A stretch of 64,000 bases of DNA from NCBI GenBank assembly GCA_944390005.1, contig CALXOJ010000001.1, positions 144,363 to 208,362 on the forward strand, written 5' to 3'. Within the stretch, counting starts at the first letter, position 1. The number at the start of each line of letters is the position of its first letter. Of the stretch, positions 48,468-57,500 are shown in pieces. The notes under the pieces are model-generated. The model was not told the origin of the DNA and did not search any database. It saw only the letters and a list, made by a program, of their open reading frames with translations. The position numbers and the translations under genes are program-made. The stretch is from an uncultured Spirochaetota bacterium. Lineage in GTDB: Bacteria > Spirochaetota > Spirochaetia > JAFGXN01.

Positions 48468-49586
48468 ATGAAAAAGATCTTCAGTTGTATTGCTGCTGTA
48501 TGGATGTTGGCTTCCTGCGATCCGGTAACGGATCCGGTGAAGGCAACCGGTATCGAGATCCGACCTTCGTCGGTGACTTTGGAAATCGGAAAAACGGAAG
48601 AACTGACGTTTGCGGTTTTGCCGGAGCAGGCGGTTCAGAAAGTTCTTTGGGAAAGTTCGAATGAAAAAATCGTTACGGTGAAAGAAGGAAAAGTGACGGC
48701 AATAGCTGCCGGGAAAGCCGAAGTGAAAGCGGTCGTTGCCGAAAATAAAAGTCTGACGGCTGTCTGTACGGTGACCGTTACCGCGCCGGAACCGGAAGAA
48801 AAACCCGTAACGGGACTGACGCCGACTCCGGCAGTCGATCAGCCGGTTTCTCTTACCGTCGGCGGAACGCAGACATTTAGTGTCGCCGTCGTTCCGGAGG
48901 ATGCCTCAAACCCTGCCGTGAACTGGAGCGTCGATAACGAAGCCGTCATCACGCTGAGTGCCTCAACCGGAATGTCCGTAACGGTGACCGCCGCCTCTGC
49001 CGGTACCGCTGTCGTCACCGCCGTCTCGGCCGACAACGGTGAGGTTTCCGTTTCGTGGACGGTGACCGTCACCGAGCCGGTACCGGAGAGCCTGAATCTG
49101 GAGACAGATGTTCCCGATGTGGCATTCCGTGACGTGCTGAAAAAATTTGATACGGACAATGACGGAATCGTGTCCCGGGCGGAAGCGGATGCGGTTACGG
49201 AACTCATTTGTGAAGACTGGAATGATACTATAATCGATTTAACCGGCATTGCTTTCTTCACAAATCTTGAAACACTCTCCGTTCAGGGGGAACGTCTCGA
49301 ATCTGTCGATTTGAGCGGAAATCGGAAATTGAAACACATTGACCTTCGTTATAATGCAATCAGGAAACTTGATTTAACGGCTCTGGATCAGTTGCAGGAA
49401 TATAAAACCAATACCGCAGGGACGGTTGTTTACGGTTTACAGATCGGCCATCAGGGTGAGTCTGACGGAGATGAAATTTCCGTTATTCTTTCAGATGTGT
49501 ATAAGGATGTCTGGGATCGGACATGGAGTCAGCCGATCTCCGAATACAGTACACCGAATAAGGGCGTGATCGCTACCTTTCGTTAA
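48468..49586 (+). CDS. surface lipoprotein paralog: two Big_2 domains + EF-hand/dockerin-like loop + LRRs
   Basis: Lipobox LASC. DTDNDGIVSRAEAD loop. AAAGGAG ribosome-binding site. Confidence 0.75.
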   Translation: MKKIFSCIAAVWMLASCDPVTDPVKATGIEIRPSSVTLEIGKTEELTFAVLPEQAVQKVLWESSNEKIVTVKEGKVTAIAAGKAEVKAVVAENKSLTAVCTVTVTAPEPEEKPVTGLTPTPAVDQPVSLTVGGTQTFSVAVVPEDASNPAVNWSVDNEAVITLSASTGMSVTVTAASAGTAVVTAVSADNGEVSVSWTVTVTEPVPESLNLETDVPDVAFRDVLKKFDTDNDGIVSRAEADAVTELICEDWNDTIIDLTGIAFFTNLETLSVQGERLESVDLSGNRKLKHIDLRYNAIRKLDLTALDQLQEYKTNTAGTVVYGLQIGHQGESDGDEISVILSDVYKDVWDRTWSQPISEYSTPNKGVIATFR

Positions 49587-49596
49587 ATCTTATTGT

Positions 49597-49640
49597 GCGG
49601 GAGAGATGTCTTCTTTGGGAAGAAATCTCTCCGTTTAAAG
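49597..49640 (+). terminator. terminator-like hairpin after the BIG2-LRR array
   Basis: GGAGAGATgTCTTC-tttggg-aAGAAaATCTCTCC followed by a weak U-tract (GTTTAAA). Confidence 0.4.
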
Positions 49641-49662
49641 GCAAAACAATCGGGCGGAGGGG

Positions 49663-51129
49663 GTGATGAACATCCGGAAAACGATTTTTTTGGCGATTGC
49701 CGCGGTGATGCTGCAGGCGGCTGTCGGTTGCGAAGAAAAAAAGAGTGAAGCGGGACGGCTTTATACGCTGACGGCCGCCGTTCCGCAAGAAGAGGGGAAC
49801 TTTATCGACAGCGATCACCGTTTTACGCTGACGGCCGCCCTTGCTCCCGGCCGCGAGGCGGCGGCCGGCGCACAGCCGCGGCCGTCGACGGCGCTGCCGG
49901 TCCGGTCGGCGTCGGAAAATCGGGAAACCGCAGCGGTTCACTCGTTTTATTCCCGGATGAGGGAGACCGAAGAGCGGCTGGCGGCCGCATCGGCATCGGG
50001 CCGAGCGGCGGGCGCATCCCGGTTTCGGATTGCGGACGGCAGATCCGGAGTCCGTTCCGTTACGGAAGGCAGCAGCCGCTACGGGTTTCGGGTTCTCGAC
50101 GGCAACGGAGTGTCCCACTCGGTTGATGCCGTTTGCCGCCGGGTTTCCCGGTACGCTGCCGTTTATGTCGATACCGCGGTGACGGTCGACAGCGCCGCGC
50201 TGGAGGTCGTTACCGCGGAATTCGATCGGATGGTGCCGGAAATGCATCGGCTTTTTTCTCATGAAAGCGATATCGACGGGAACGGTACCGTTCTTTTTCT
50301 GCTGACCCCGCTGGAACCGGGACTCTACGGTTATTTTTACGCTCAGGATAAATATCCCGACGGAACCGGCGGCGAGTTTTCGAACGAAGCCGATCTTCTT
50401 TATGTGAATTCCGACTGTTTTGCCGATTTCGAAACACATCGGGACGATTTGATTGCCACGTTTATTCATGAATTTCAGCATATGATTTTGTTCGATCACC
50501 GAACCCGGCTCGGGAAACCGCAGCTGCCGGTCTGGCTGAACGAGGGACTCTCCATGCTCTCCGAATATTACGCCGGATATGCGCTGCCGCACGGTCGTTA
50601 TCTGGAAGCGTTATTTGAGAATCAGGGCATTTCTCTGATCGAGAATCACCCTTTCCCGTTGCCCAATTACGGTTATTCTCTTCTCTTTCTCCGGTATCTT
50701 CGGGAGCGGTGGGGAGACAATGTTGTCCGCCGCATTTATGATTCCTCATTTTCGGGAGTGGCGGTCGTTTCCGATGCAACCGGCGTCGAATTTAATACGC
50801 TTTTTTCCGATTTTACAACCATGATTGCCGTCACCGGACGGGGTATCGAACAGGATGAACGTTACGAGATAGCCGCTTTCGGTCATGAACCGGGCAGTGA
50901 GGCGTATCGGAAAAACGGATTCCACTTGGCGCGGCTGATTGATGATCTGTATCGCCGGAAACGGGGTTCCGGCTGGCCTTTATCGGTCGATTTGACGAAA
51001 AAATCCGGAATTCGGGAAGAAAATATGTTGTCTTACTCGTTTTATCTTCACGAGTGGCTTAACGGAACGGTTTCTTCGTTCGGATTCGAATCGGACGGAA
51101 CGGTGCTGTTTCGCGAAGTCCGCTATTAA
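49663..51129 (+). CDS. lipoprotein zinc metallopeptidase (HExxH + downstream Glu; gluzincin-like, possibly M30/hyicolysin-like)
   Basis: Lipobox AVGC. Disordered Ala/Arg/Ser-rich linker, then FIHEFQHMILFDH...WLNEGLS. Confidence 0.6.
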   Translation: MMNIRKTIFLAIAAVMLQAAVGCEEKKSEAGRLYTLTAAVPQEEGNFIDSDHRFTLTAALAPGREAAAGAQPRPSTALPVRSASENRETAAVHSFYSRMRETEERLAAASASGRAAGASRFRIADGRSGVRSVTEGSSRYGFRVLDGNGVSHSVDAVCRRVSRYAAVYVDTAVTVDSAALEVVTAEFDRMVPEMHRLFSHESDIDGNGTVLFLLTPLEPGLYGYFYAQDKYPDGTGGEFSNEADLLYVNSDCFADFETHRDDLIATFIHEFQHMILFDHRTRLGKPQLPVWLNEGLSMLSEYYAGYALPHGRYLEALFENQGISLIENHPFPLPNYGYSLLFLRYLRERWGDNVVRRIYDSSFSGVAVVSDATGVEFNTLFSDFTTMIAVTGRGIEQDERYEIAAFGHEPGSEAYRKNGFHLARLIDDLYRRKRGSGWPLSVDLTKKSGIREENMLSYSFYLHEWLNGTVSSFGFESDGTVLFREVRY

Positions 51130-51188
51130 CGGAAACCGGCCCGCCCCCTTTAAAGAGACCGACTCTTTTTCCGAAATCCGCTATTCCC

Positions 51189-51217
51189 TTGAAAAAAGCG
51201 TTCATTTCGGCTATAAT
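51189..51217 (+). promoter_or_regulatory. sigma70-like promoter for the ABC-F gene
   Basis: TTGAAA-N17-TATAAT, then AAGGAG 6 nt before the ATG at 51246. Confidence 0.55.
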
Positions 51218-51245
51218 CGTAAAAATTCCACGCAAGGAGTCTGCC

Positions 51246-52886
51246 ATGCTGACTGTCACCGATTTATCGCTTTCTTTCGGACAACGGGTTCTGTTTAAAG
51301 ATGTCAATCTGAAATTCACACCGGGCAACTGTTACGGCGTTATCGGTGCTAACGGCGCCGGGAAATCGACATTTTTGAAAATTCTTTCCGGAGAAATTGA
51401 GGCCGATAAAGGAGAGATTTTTATCACTCCCGGGGAGCGGATGGCGGTTTTAAAACAGGATCACTTTGCTTACGATAAAGAAACGGTTCTCGATACGGTG
51501 ATTATGGGCTACGAACGGTTGTTCTCCGTAATGAAGGAAAAAGACGCCATCTACATGAAGGAAGATTTTTCCGACGAAGACGGATTGCGCGCCGCCGATT
51601 TAGAAACAGAATTTGCTGAAATGGGCGGTTGGGAAGCGGAAAGCAACGCCGCGGTTCTTCTTTCAGGTTTGGGAATTCCTGAATCGCTCCATGACAAAAA
51701 AATGGCCGAATTGGAAGGCGGGCAGAAGGTGCGCGTTCTTTTAGCGCAGGCGCTCTTCGGAAATCCCGATATTCTGCTGCTGGACGAACCGACAAACCAC
51801 CTCGACCTCGAATCGATTGCGTGGTTGGAGGATTTTCTGCTTCATTTTGACAACACCGTTATTGTGGTCTCTCACGACCGGCACTTTCTCAATACGGTCT
51901 GTACCCATATCGTCGATATCGATTTCGGGAAAATGAAACTTTTTGTCGGTAATTACGATTTTTGGTACGAATGCAGCCGCATCATTCAAAAGCAAATGAA
52001 GGATTTAAAGCGCAAAAATGACGAAAAAATCGCGGAACTGAAGCAATTTATTCAACGATTTTCGTCAAACGCAGCTAAATCCAAACAGGCGACCAGCCGT
52101 AAAAAGCTGATCGAAAAGCTGACAGTCGAAGATTTGCAGGCTTCGTCGCGAAAGTTTCCATACGTTCACTTTAAAGCCGACCGCGAATGCGGAAAAGAAA
52201 TTTTGAAAGCCGAAAAACTCACGAAGATCGTCGACGGAGAAAAGCTGCTTGATAACTTTTCTTTGACAGTCAATAACGGCGACAAAATTGCTTTCATCGG
52301 AACCAATCACGCTGCTAAAACCGAATTTTTTAAAATTATCACCGGCGAGCAGAAGCCTGATTCCGGTTCTTACACTTGGGGCGTGACTATCAAAACGGCC
52401 TATTTCCCCAAAGACAACAGTGCTTATTTCGACAGCGATTTATCAATTACCGATTGGCTGCGGCAGTATTCTCCTGAAAATCAGGATGACGTTTATATCC
52501 GCAGCTTCCTCGGGCGAATGCTTTTTTCGGGAGAAGAGTCGTTGAAAAAAGTGCGTGTGCTCAGCGGAGGCGAGAAGGTGCGCTGTATGCTTGCCAAAAT
52601 GATGCTTTCGGGAGCCAACGCTCTGATCTTCGACGAACCGACCAACCACCTTGACTTAGAATCGATCACGGCTCTCAACAACGCCCTCAAAGATTTCTCC
52701 GGCGTCATTCTCTTCAACTCCCACGACCACCAGTTTGTCAATACCGTTGCCAACCGCATTATCGAGCTGACGCCGACCGGCGTCATCGACCGCATGACGA
52801 CGCTCGACGACTACCTTGCCGATGACGCTGTTCGTGAACTGCGTGATAAAATGTACCGAAACTGCCACAACGCTCTCTCAATTTAA
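51246..52886 (+). CDS. ABC-F family ATPase (two ABC domains, no TMD; translation factor-like)
   Basis: Two Walker A/signature/Walker B sets (GANGAGKST...LSGGQKVRV...LLLDEPTNHLD; second set LSGGEKVRC...IFDEPTNHLD) plus the inter-domain linker. Confidence 0.9.
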   Translation: MLTVTDLSLSFGQRVLFKDVNLKFTPGNCYGVIGANGAGKSTFLKILSGEIEADKGEIFITPGERMAVLKQDHFAYDKETVLDTVIMGYERLFSVMKEKDAIYMKEDFSDEDGLRAADLETEFAEMGGWEAESNAAVLLSGLGIPESLHDKKMAELEGGQKVRVLLAQALFGNPDILLLDEPTNHLDLESIAWLEDFLLHFDNTVIVVSHDRHFLNTVCTHIVDIDFGKMKLFVGNYDFWYECSRIIQKQMKDLKRKNDEKIAELKQFIQRFSSNAAKSKQATSRKKLIEKLTVEDLQASSRKFPYVHFKADRECGKEILKAEKLTKIVDGEKLLDNFSLTVNNGDKIAFIGTNHAAKTEFFKIITGEQKPDSGSYTWGVTIKTAYFPKDNSAYFDSDLSITDWLRQYSPENQDDVYIRSFLGRMLFSGEESLKKVRVLSGGEKVRCMLAKMMLSGANALIFDEPTNHLDLESITALNNALKDFSGVILFNSHDHQFVNTVANRIIELTPTGVIDRMTTLDDYLADDAVRELRDKMYRNCHNALSI

Positions 52887-53043
52887 AAGCTGTCGGCATT
52901 CTTCGAAATCGATTGGCTTTTCGACAGAGAGACGATCAGGGGTTTGGCGTTCTTTCGCTTGATAGGTTTATATTGGTCTGCAGAAGCACTTTGGAACGGA
53001 ATCGCTTGCGGATGTTTCAACGCGTCGGTTTTCCGGATTTTAT

Positions 53044-54264
53044 TTAGCCCTTCAGCCAATCGGCCGCCGACGACGATTCGAATGCGCCTGCGCCTTTTTC
53101 CAGCAGCGTTTCCGCAACGGCGGCAGAGAGCGGCTGCGGCGTTTCTCCGTACACAGAGCGGACAAACTCTTCCATGGAAATATCGTTGATCATGCGGGCC
53201 GGAATGTAGCCCCGATTCATGCTGTCGGCGCGAATTAAAAATCGGCGGTTTTCCAATAAGTCGGCTGCCTTTGAGACGTCCCGGTCAGGCACCTGCAAAC
53301 GCGCGCAAATTTCGTTAAACGTACAGATACCGTTTCCGGACTTGAATTTTTCGCAGACGGCTGCCAACACCGCAAAGGTCAGCGAAATGATATAAGCAGG
53401 AGAATCCTCTCTCCGTTTGCGCGTCAGGTAAACGCCGTACTGATGCACGTAAGCCGTTTCAGCGGAAATCAAAATCGCAACCCACAGACAGTAAATCCAC
53501 AGCAGAAAAAGAAAAAGAAACGCAAATGAGCCGTAAATCGTGGTATTTTGTGTAAAAAAAAGCGAAGTGTTGCGAAAAACAAGGCTGACAACTTGCCAGC
53601 AGACTGTTCCGACCACAGCGCCGAGTGCCGCCGAGCGGTAGCGCACCTTTGTTGCCGGCAGCGTTTTAATCAGCAGCAAAAGCGCTGAAAAAACAATCAG
53701 TACCGGAACCGTCAGAAAAAGAAATCCATTGATGTCGCCGATGTCAAGTATTCTCGGTAAAAATGTTTTGGCAACTGTTGAAATACTGATAGAGAGGCTG
53801 ATAAACAGCGTTCCGATGACAAGATTCGTCACATAACCGGCAAACTGACGGAACTGCGGACGTTGAGAGGTGCTGCGGAAAATCGAATTAAAAACGGCTG
53901 AGATTTTGTTCATCAGAAAGACCGATGTCACCAGAAATGAGATGACTCCAAAGACGCCGAGTGAGCGCGCGTTACTGACAAACTGTTCGATTAAACCGAT
54001 AATTTTCTCCTGCATCGGCGCTTCAAAGAGGCGAAGCTGTTCGGCAAAATCGGTTTTGAGAATGTCAACTCCGCCGAAAGCGGCAAATAAAGCGGTGACA
54101 ACCGCAAAAAAGGGCACAAGCGACATCAGGGTCGAGTAAACAAGACTCGAGGAGAGGATAAATCCGTTGTCTTTATAAAATTCGAGGGTGACGGATTTGA
54201 CGAATTCATACAAATCGGTCAGCTTTGAACGAAGTGAGGTGCGCAGCCGCGTACAGACATCCAT
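53044..54264 (-). CDS. YihY/BrkB-family membrane protein with C-terminal cytoplasmic extension
   Basis: LVYSTLMSLVPFFAVVTALFAAFGG signature and six TM segments, plus about 110 extra C-terminal residues. Confidence 0.8.
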   Translation of the reverse strand: MDVCTRLRTSLRSKLTDLYEFVKSVTLEFYKDNGFILSSSLVYSTLMSLVPFFAVVTALFAAFGGVDILKTDFAEQLRLFEAPMQEKIIGLIEQFVSNARSLGVFGVISFLVTSVFLMNKISAVFNSIFRSTSQRPQFRQFAGYVTNLVIGTLFISLSISISTVAKTFLPRILDIGDINGFLFLTVPVLIVFSALLLLIKTLPATKVRYRSAALGAVVGTVCWQVVSLVFRNTSLFFTQNTTIYGSFAFLFLFLLWIYCLWVAILISAETAYVHQYGVYLTRKRREDSPAYIISLTFAVLAAVCEKFKSGNGICTFNEICARLQVPDRDVSKAADLLENRRFLIRADSMNRGYIPARMINDISMEEFVRSVYGETPQPLSAAVAETLLEKGAGAFESSSAADWLKG

Positions 54265-54352
54265 TGCTCGATTTTAACACGTTTGCGGGTAAAAGAAAAC
54301 ACTTTTCTGTAAGGCGAGTTGAAAAAACCGACGCAAACCGCTAAAATAAAGT

Positions 54353-55792
54353 ATGAGCGGATTGTCTTTAAAAGGGAAACGATTTTTTTTCGTCGGAATC
54401 AAAGGAACCGGAATGTGTGCGCTGGCGGAGCTGTTCCAAAAAGCGGGCGCATTTGTCTGCGGTGCGGACGGATTTGAGCGGTTTTACACCGATGATATTT
54501 TGAAAGATTTGGGAATTCCGGTTTATGAGGGAATGGAGAGCCTCCATTTGGATTCGTCGTTTGATGAGGTCGTCTTTTCGGCCGCTTATACAGAAAAAAA
54601 TTCTGCCGATTTAGCGGAGGCGCGTCGGTTGAATCTTCCGATGTTGACATACCCGCAGGCACTCGGTCGGCTTTCCCGACTGCAGCCGTCAGCGGCAGTT
54701 TCCGGCGTGCACGGAAAAACAACAACGGCGGCTCTGTGTGCGTCTCTGGCTAAAGCCATGGATTTGGATGTTTCGGTTCTCATCGGTTCGGCAGCAGCCG
54801 ATTTAAACAATCGCTGCACCTTTACCGGAGGAGATCGTTTTTTCATTGCGGAAACGTGCGAATATCGCCGTCATTTTCTCTCATTTTCTCCGACCGTCAT
54901 GATTCTGACAAGCGTTGAAGAGGATCATCCCGATTATTTTAAAAATTTTGATGATATTCGCTCGGCTTTTATCGAATTGGCGGATCGATTGCCCGATGAC
55001 GGAACGCTGATTTATTGCGCTGACGATGCGGGAGCAGCCGAAACAGCCGCTCTTATCGCCGAGCGGCGGCCGTCTTTGGAACAAATTCCTTATGGACTGA
55101 AGGCCGACGGACGCTTTCGGATTTTTGACAACGAAGAACGGCTGGGCGTCAACCGCTTTCGGTTGTCGTTTGACCCGACCCGAGAGTGGCGTTTGCGTCT
55201 GCCGGGACATCACTTCATCCTTAACGCGGCGGCGGCTTTGGCAGCGGTATCGGTCATTTTGCGGCGGCTCGAATTGCCGTTCGATGAACCGATGCGGGAA
55301 AAAGCGGCTGCCGGGTTGTCGGCGTTTGCCGGCTGCAAACGCCGCACTGAACGGATCGGTGAAGCTGGCGGCGTTCTGTTTATGGATGATTACGCTCACC
55401 ATCCGACTGCCATTCAAACCACTTTGCTCGGATACAAAACGTTTTTTCGTCCGAAACGGCTGATTGTTGATTTTATGTCGCACACCTATTCGCGGACGGA
55501 ACGGCTTCTGGACGAATTTGCGTCGGCTTTTTCTGCGGCCGATATCGTGGTTCTGAATAAAATTTATGCCTCCGCTCGGGAAACCGTCGGTTCCGTCACC
55601 GGCGAAACGCTGTACGAAGAGACAAAAAAACGCCATCCGTGCGTTTACTATTGTCCCGAGTTCGAAGATGCCGAAAACTTTTTGAAGACGGTTTTGCAGC
55701 CGGGGGATTTGTTTGTCACAATGGGAGCCGGAAATAACAACATTATCGGAAACAATTTGTATGAGTTTTTGAAGCGTAATGAAAATTCGTAA
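54353..55792 (+). CDS. murC: UDP-N-acetylmuramate--L-alanine ligase (Mur ligase family)
   Basis: Mur-ligase N-terminal domain (FFVGIKGTGMCALAE), P-loop GVHGKTTT, C-terminal domain. Confidence 0.75.
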   Translation: MSGLSLKGKRFFFVGIKGTGMCALAELFQKAGAFVCGADGFERFYTDDILKDLGIPVYEGMESLHLDSSFDEVVFSAAYTEKNSADLAEARRLNLPMLTYPQALGRLSRLQPSAAVSGVHGKTTTAALCASLAKAMDLDVSVLIGSAAADLNNRCTFTGGDRFFIAETCEYRRHFLSFSPTVMILTSVEEDHPDYFKNFDDIRSAFIELADRLPDDGTLIYCADDAGAAETAALIAERRPSLEQIPYGLKADGRFRIFDNEERLGVNRFRLSFDPTREWRLRLPGHHFILNAAAALAAVSVILRRLELPFDEPMREKAAAGLSAFAGCKRRTERIGEAGGVLFMDDYAHHPTAIQTTLLGYKTFFRPKRLIVDFMSHTYSRTERLLDEFASAFSAADIVVLNKIYASARETVGSVTGETLYEETKKRHPCVYYCPEFEDAENFLKTVLQPGDLFVTMGAGNNNIIGNNLYEFLKRNENS

Positions 55793-55810
55793 AAATAAAT
55801 TTTGAAACGC

Positions 55811-55839
55811 TTGACAATCTATAATTTTATTAGTATAAA
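55811..55839 (+). promoter_or_regulatory. sigma70-like promoter
   Basis: TTGACA-N17-TATAAA, then TAGGAGG ribosome-binding site and the ATG at 55866. Confidence 0.5.
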
Positions 55840-55865
55840 CTAAATAAATTATAGGAGGCTACTAT

Positions 55866-56522
55866 ATGAAGCGTTTTTATTTATTTTTACAAGCAGTTCT
55901 TTTGATTGCTCTTATCTCATGTGAACCGATTGAACCGGGAGGGGAGACGGACAAGGACTATTGGCTTCAAACCTTTACCGTGACGGCAGCTGAGAGCGGA
56001 GATTTATTATTTTCGACAGTTACGGACGAGACCCTGTTTGTCGATTATAAGACCGAAATTTCTGACTCGGATTTTGTCAAACCGTTGGCAAATGCTTCCG
56101 AGGCAAAAGATCTTGCTTGCGTTCAATTTCAAGACGGATCATCGAAATTCTTTGTTCCGTTTTCGACAGAGGATTTAAAGTCAGGCAACGGAAATTCAAC
56201 CGTCTCCGGCATTTCTTTGACGGCGGAAGGAAGCTTTAATGCGGGTGATAATTTTACATACAAATTAAAGGCTGCATCCGAAAGTAACGCAGATATTTAT
56301 AAATCTATCGAAGTGAGGCGCAAACCGACTTCGTTTCTCATCGGTTACGTTATGCGGGATACGGGGAAAGAAGCCGTCCACTGGTATTTTGCGACTGAGA
56401 CGACATCTATACCGCCTTCGTTTGTCACCGGAGTGGAGCCCCGGGCGGCCGTTCTTGATTACCGAGGAACGAAAATCGAAGGATTTTTTGTCAACTGGGA
56501 TCAAAACCAAAGCTCCCGGTAA
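55866..56522 (+). CDS. lipoprotein, unknown function
   Basis: Lipobox LISC; 218 aa. Confidence 0.5.
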   Translation: MKRFYLFLQAVLLIALISCEPIEPGGETDKDYWLQTFTVTAAESGDLLFSTVTDETLFVDYKTEISDSDFVKPLANASEAKDLACVQFQDGSSKFFVPFSTEDLKSGNGNSTVSGISLTAEGSFNAGDNFTYKLKAASESNADIYKSIEVRRKPTSFLIGYVMRDTGKEAVHWYFATETTSIPPSFVTGVEPRAAVLDYRGTKIEGFFVNWDQNQSSR

Positions 56523-56539
56523 GCGGATTTTTTAAAAAT

Positions 56540-56585
56540 AAGCGTCGTCTTTTCTTTACAGAAAGGATTGACGCTTTTTTTTTTC
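56540..56585 (+). terminator. rho-independent terminator (compound hairpin + T10)
   Basis: AAGCGTC...CTTTC-tttaca-GAAAG...GACGCT followed by TTTTTTTTTT. Overlaps a possible TTGACG/TATGAT promoter for yicC. Confidence 0.6.
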
Positions 56586-56623
56586 TCCGCTATGATGAGT
56601 CATCAGAATTTCAGGGGAAACGC

Positions 56624-57493
56624 ATGATTGGTATGACCGGTTTTGCGTCGGTTCGGGAGAGCGAAGGTCCGCTGACGGTCGATGTCAAAATCAAATCGTA
56701 CAATAACCGCTATTTTGATTTAAAACTGATGCTGCCTTCCGAACTCGAAGAGAAAGAATGGGAAATTCGCCGGCTGTTGTCGCAAAAGATCAGCCGTGGG
56801 CGGGTGGAAGCGGCATTTTTGTTGACAAAAGAAGGCGAAGTATTGCCGCCGGTGCTGAACGAAGAGCGGCTGTCGGCGTATGCCGAAATGATCTCCGGTC
56901 TTCGCAACCGCTTCCCAAATCTTGCCGATTCCCGTCCTGAGTCGCTTCTGCGTCTCCCCGGAGTGTTGGAAGAGAGGAGTGACTCTTTTGACGTTGAAGA
57001 AGCGGGGCGGTTGGCGATACGTGCGGCGGAGAGTGCGGTCGAAAAATTAAATACGGAGCGGCGCCGAGAAGGCGCTGCGGCAGCGGTATCGTTGGCAGCC
57101 CGGTTGGATGAAATTGAATCCGGATTGAATGTTTTCCGCCGTTTTCAATCTCAAAACGAAGAGAAGGTCAAAGAGAGCATTGGCAGCCGTTTTCGTGAAG
57201 TCTTAGGAAATGAAGCTGACTGCGACCGTTTTTATCAGGAGACAGCAGCGGCTTTGGTTCGTTTTTCTGTAAATGAAGAGATTGAACGGCTGACCGTTCA
57301 TCTGAGCGAGTGCCGCCGTCTTTTAACACTCGACGAACCGGTCGGAAAACGGCTTGATTTTCTTGCACAAGAGATCAACCGCGAAGCCAATACCGCCGCC
57401 TCAAAAGCGCTCTTTGTCGAAATGACTCAAGCGGCCGTTCTCATTAAAGATGCGCTGGAAAATTTCCGCGAACAGGCAAGAAACATAGAGTAG
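56624..57493 (+). CDS. yicC: YicC-family protein (DUF1732; stress-induced endoribonuclease family)
   Basis: MIGMTGFASV...YNNRYFDL start and the C-terminal DUF1732 region. Confidence 0.85.
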   Translation: MIGMTGFASVRESEGPLTVDVKIKSYNNRYFDLKLMLPSELEEKEWEIRRLLSQKISRGRVEAAFLLTKEGEVLPPVLNEERLSAYAEMISGLRNRFPNLADSRPESLLRLPGVLEERSDSFDVEEAGRLAIRAAESAVEKLNTERRREGAAAAVSLAARLDEIESGLNVFRRFQSQNEEKVKESIGSRFREVLGNEADCDRFYQETAAALVRFSVNEEIERLTVHLSECRRLLTLDEPVGKRLDFLAQEINREANTAASKALFVEMTQAAVLIKDALENFREQARNIE

Positions 57494-57500
57494 AAGAGCA

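Noticed and set aside
49573-50592. 339-aa minus-strand ORF, extremely Arg/Gly/Pro-rich
   Set aside because: Antisense to the HExxH lipoprotein gene in a GC-rich stretch where stop codons are rare by chance. It has no ribosome-binding site, no domains and an implausible composition.
44959-51129. Interpreting the GC-rich block as a prophage or integrative element
   Set aside because: It contains only exported lipoproteins. There is no integrase, no att-like direct repeats flanking it and no tRNA anchor, so 'island' remains an inference from composition and the flanking restriction S-subunit relic.
52887-53043. Possible terminator between convergent ABC-F and yihY genes (CTGTCG...CGACAG)
   Set aside because: The stem is only 6 bp around a ~30-nt loop with no U-tract, so it is not a convincing intrinsic terminator.
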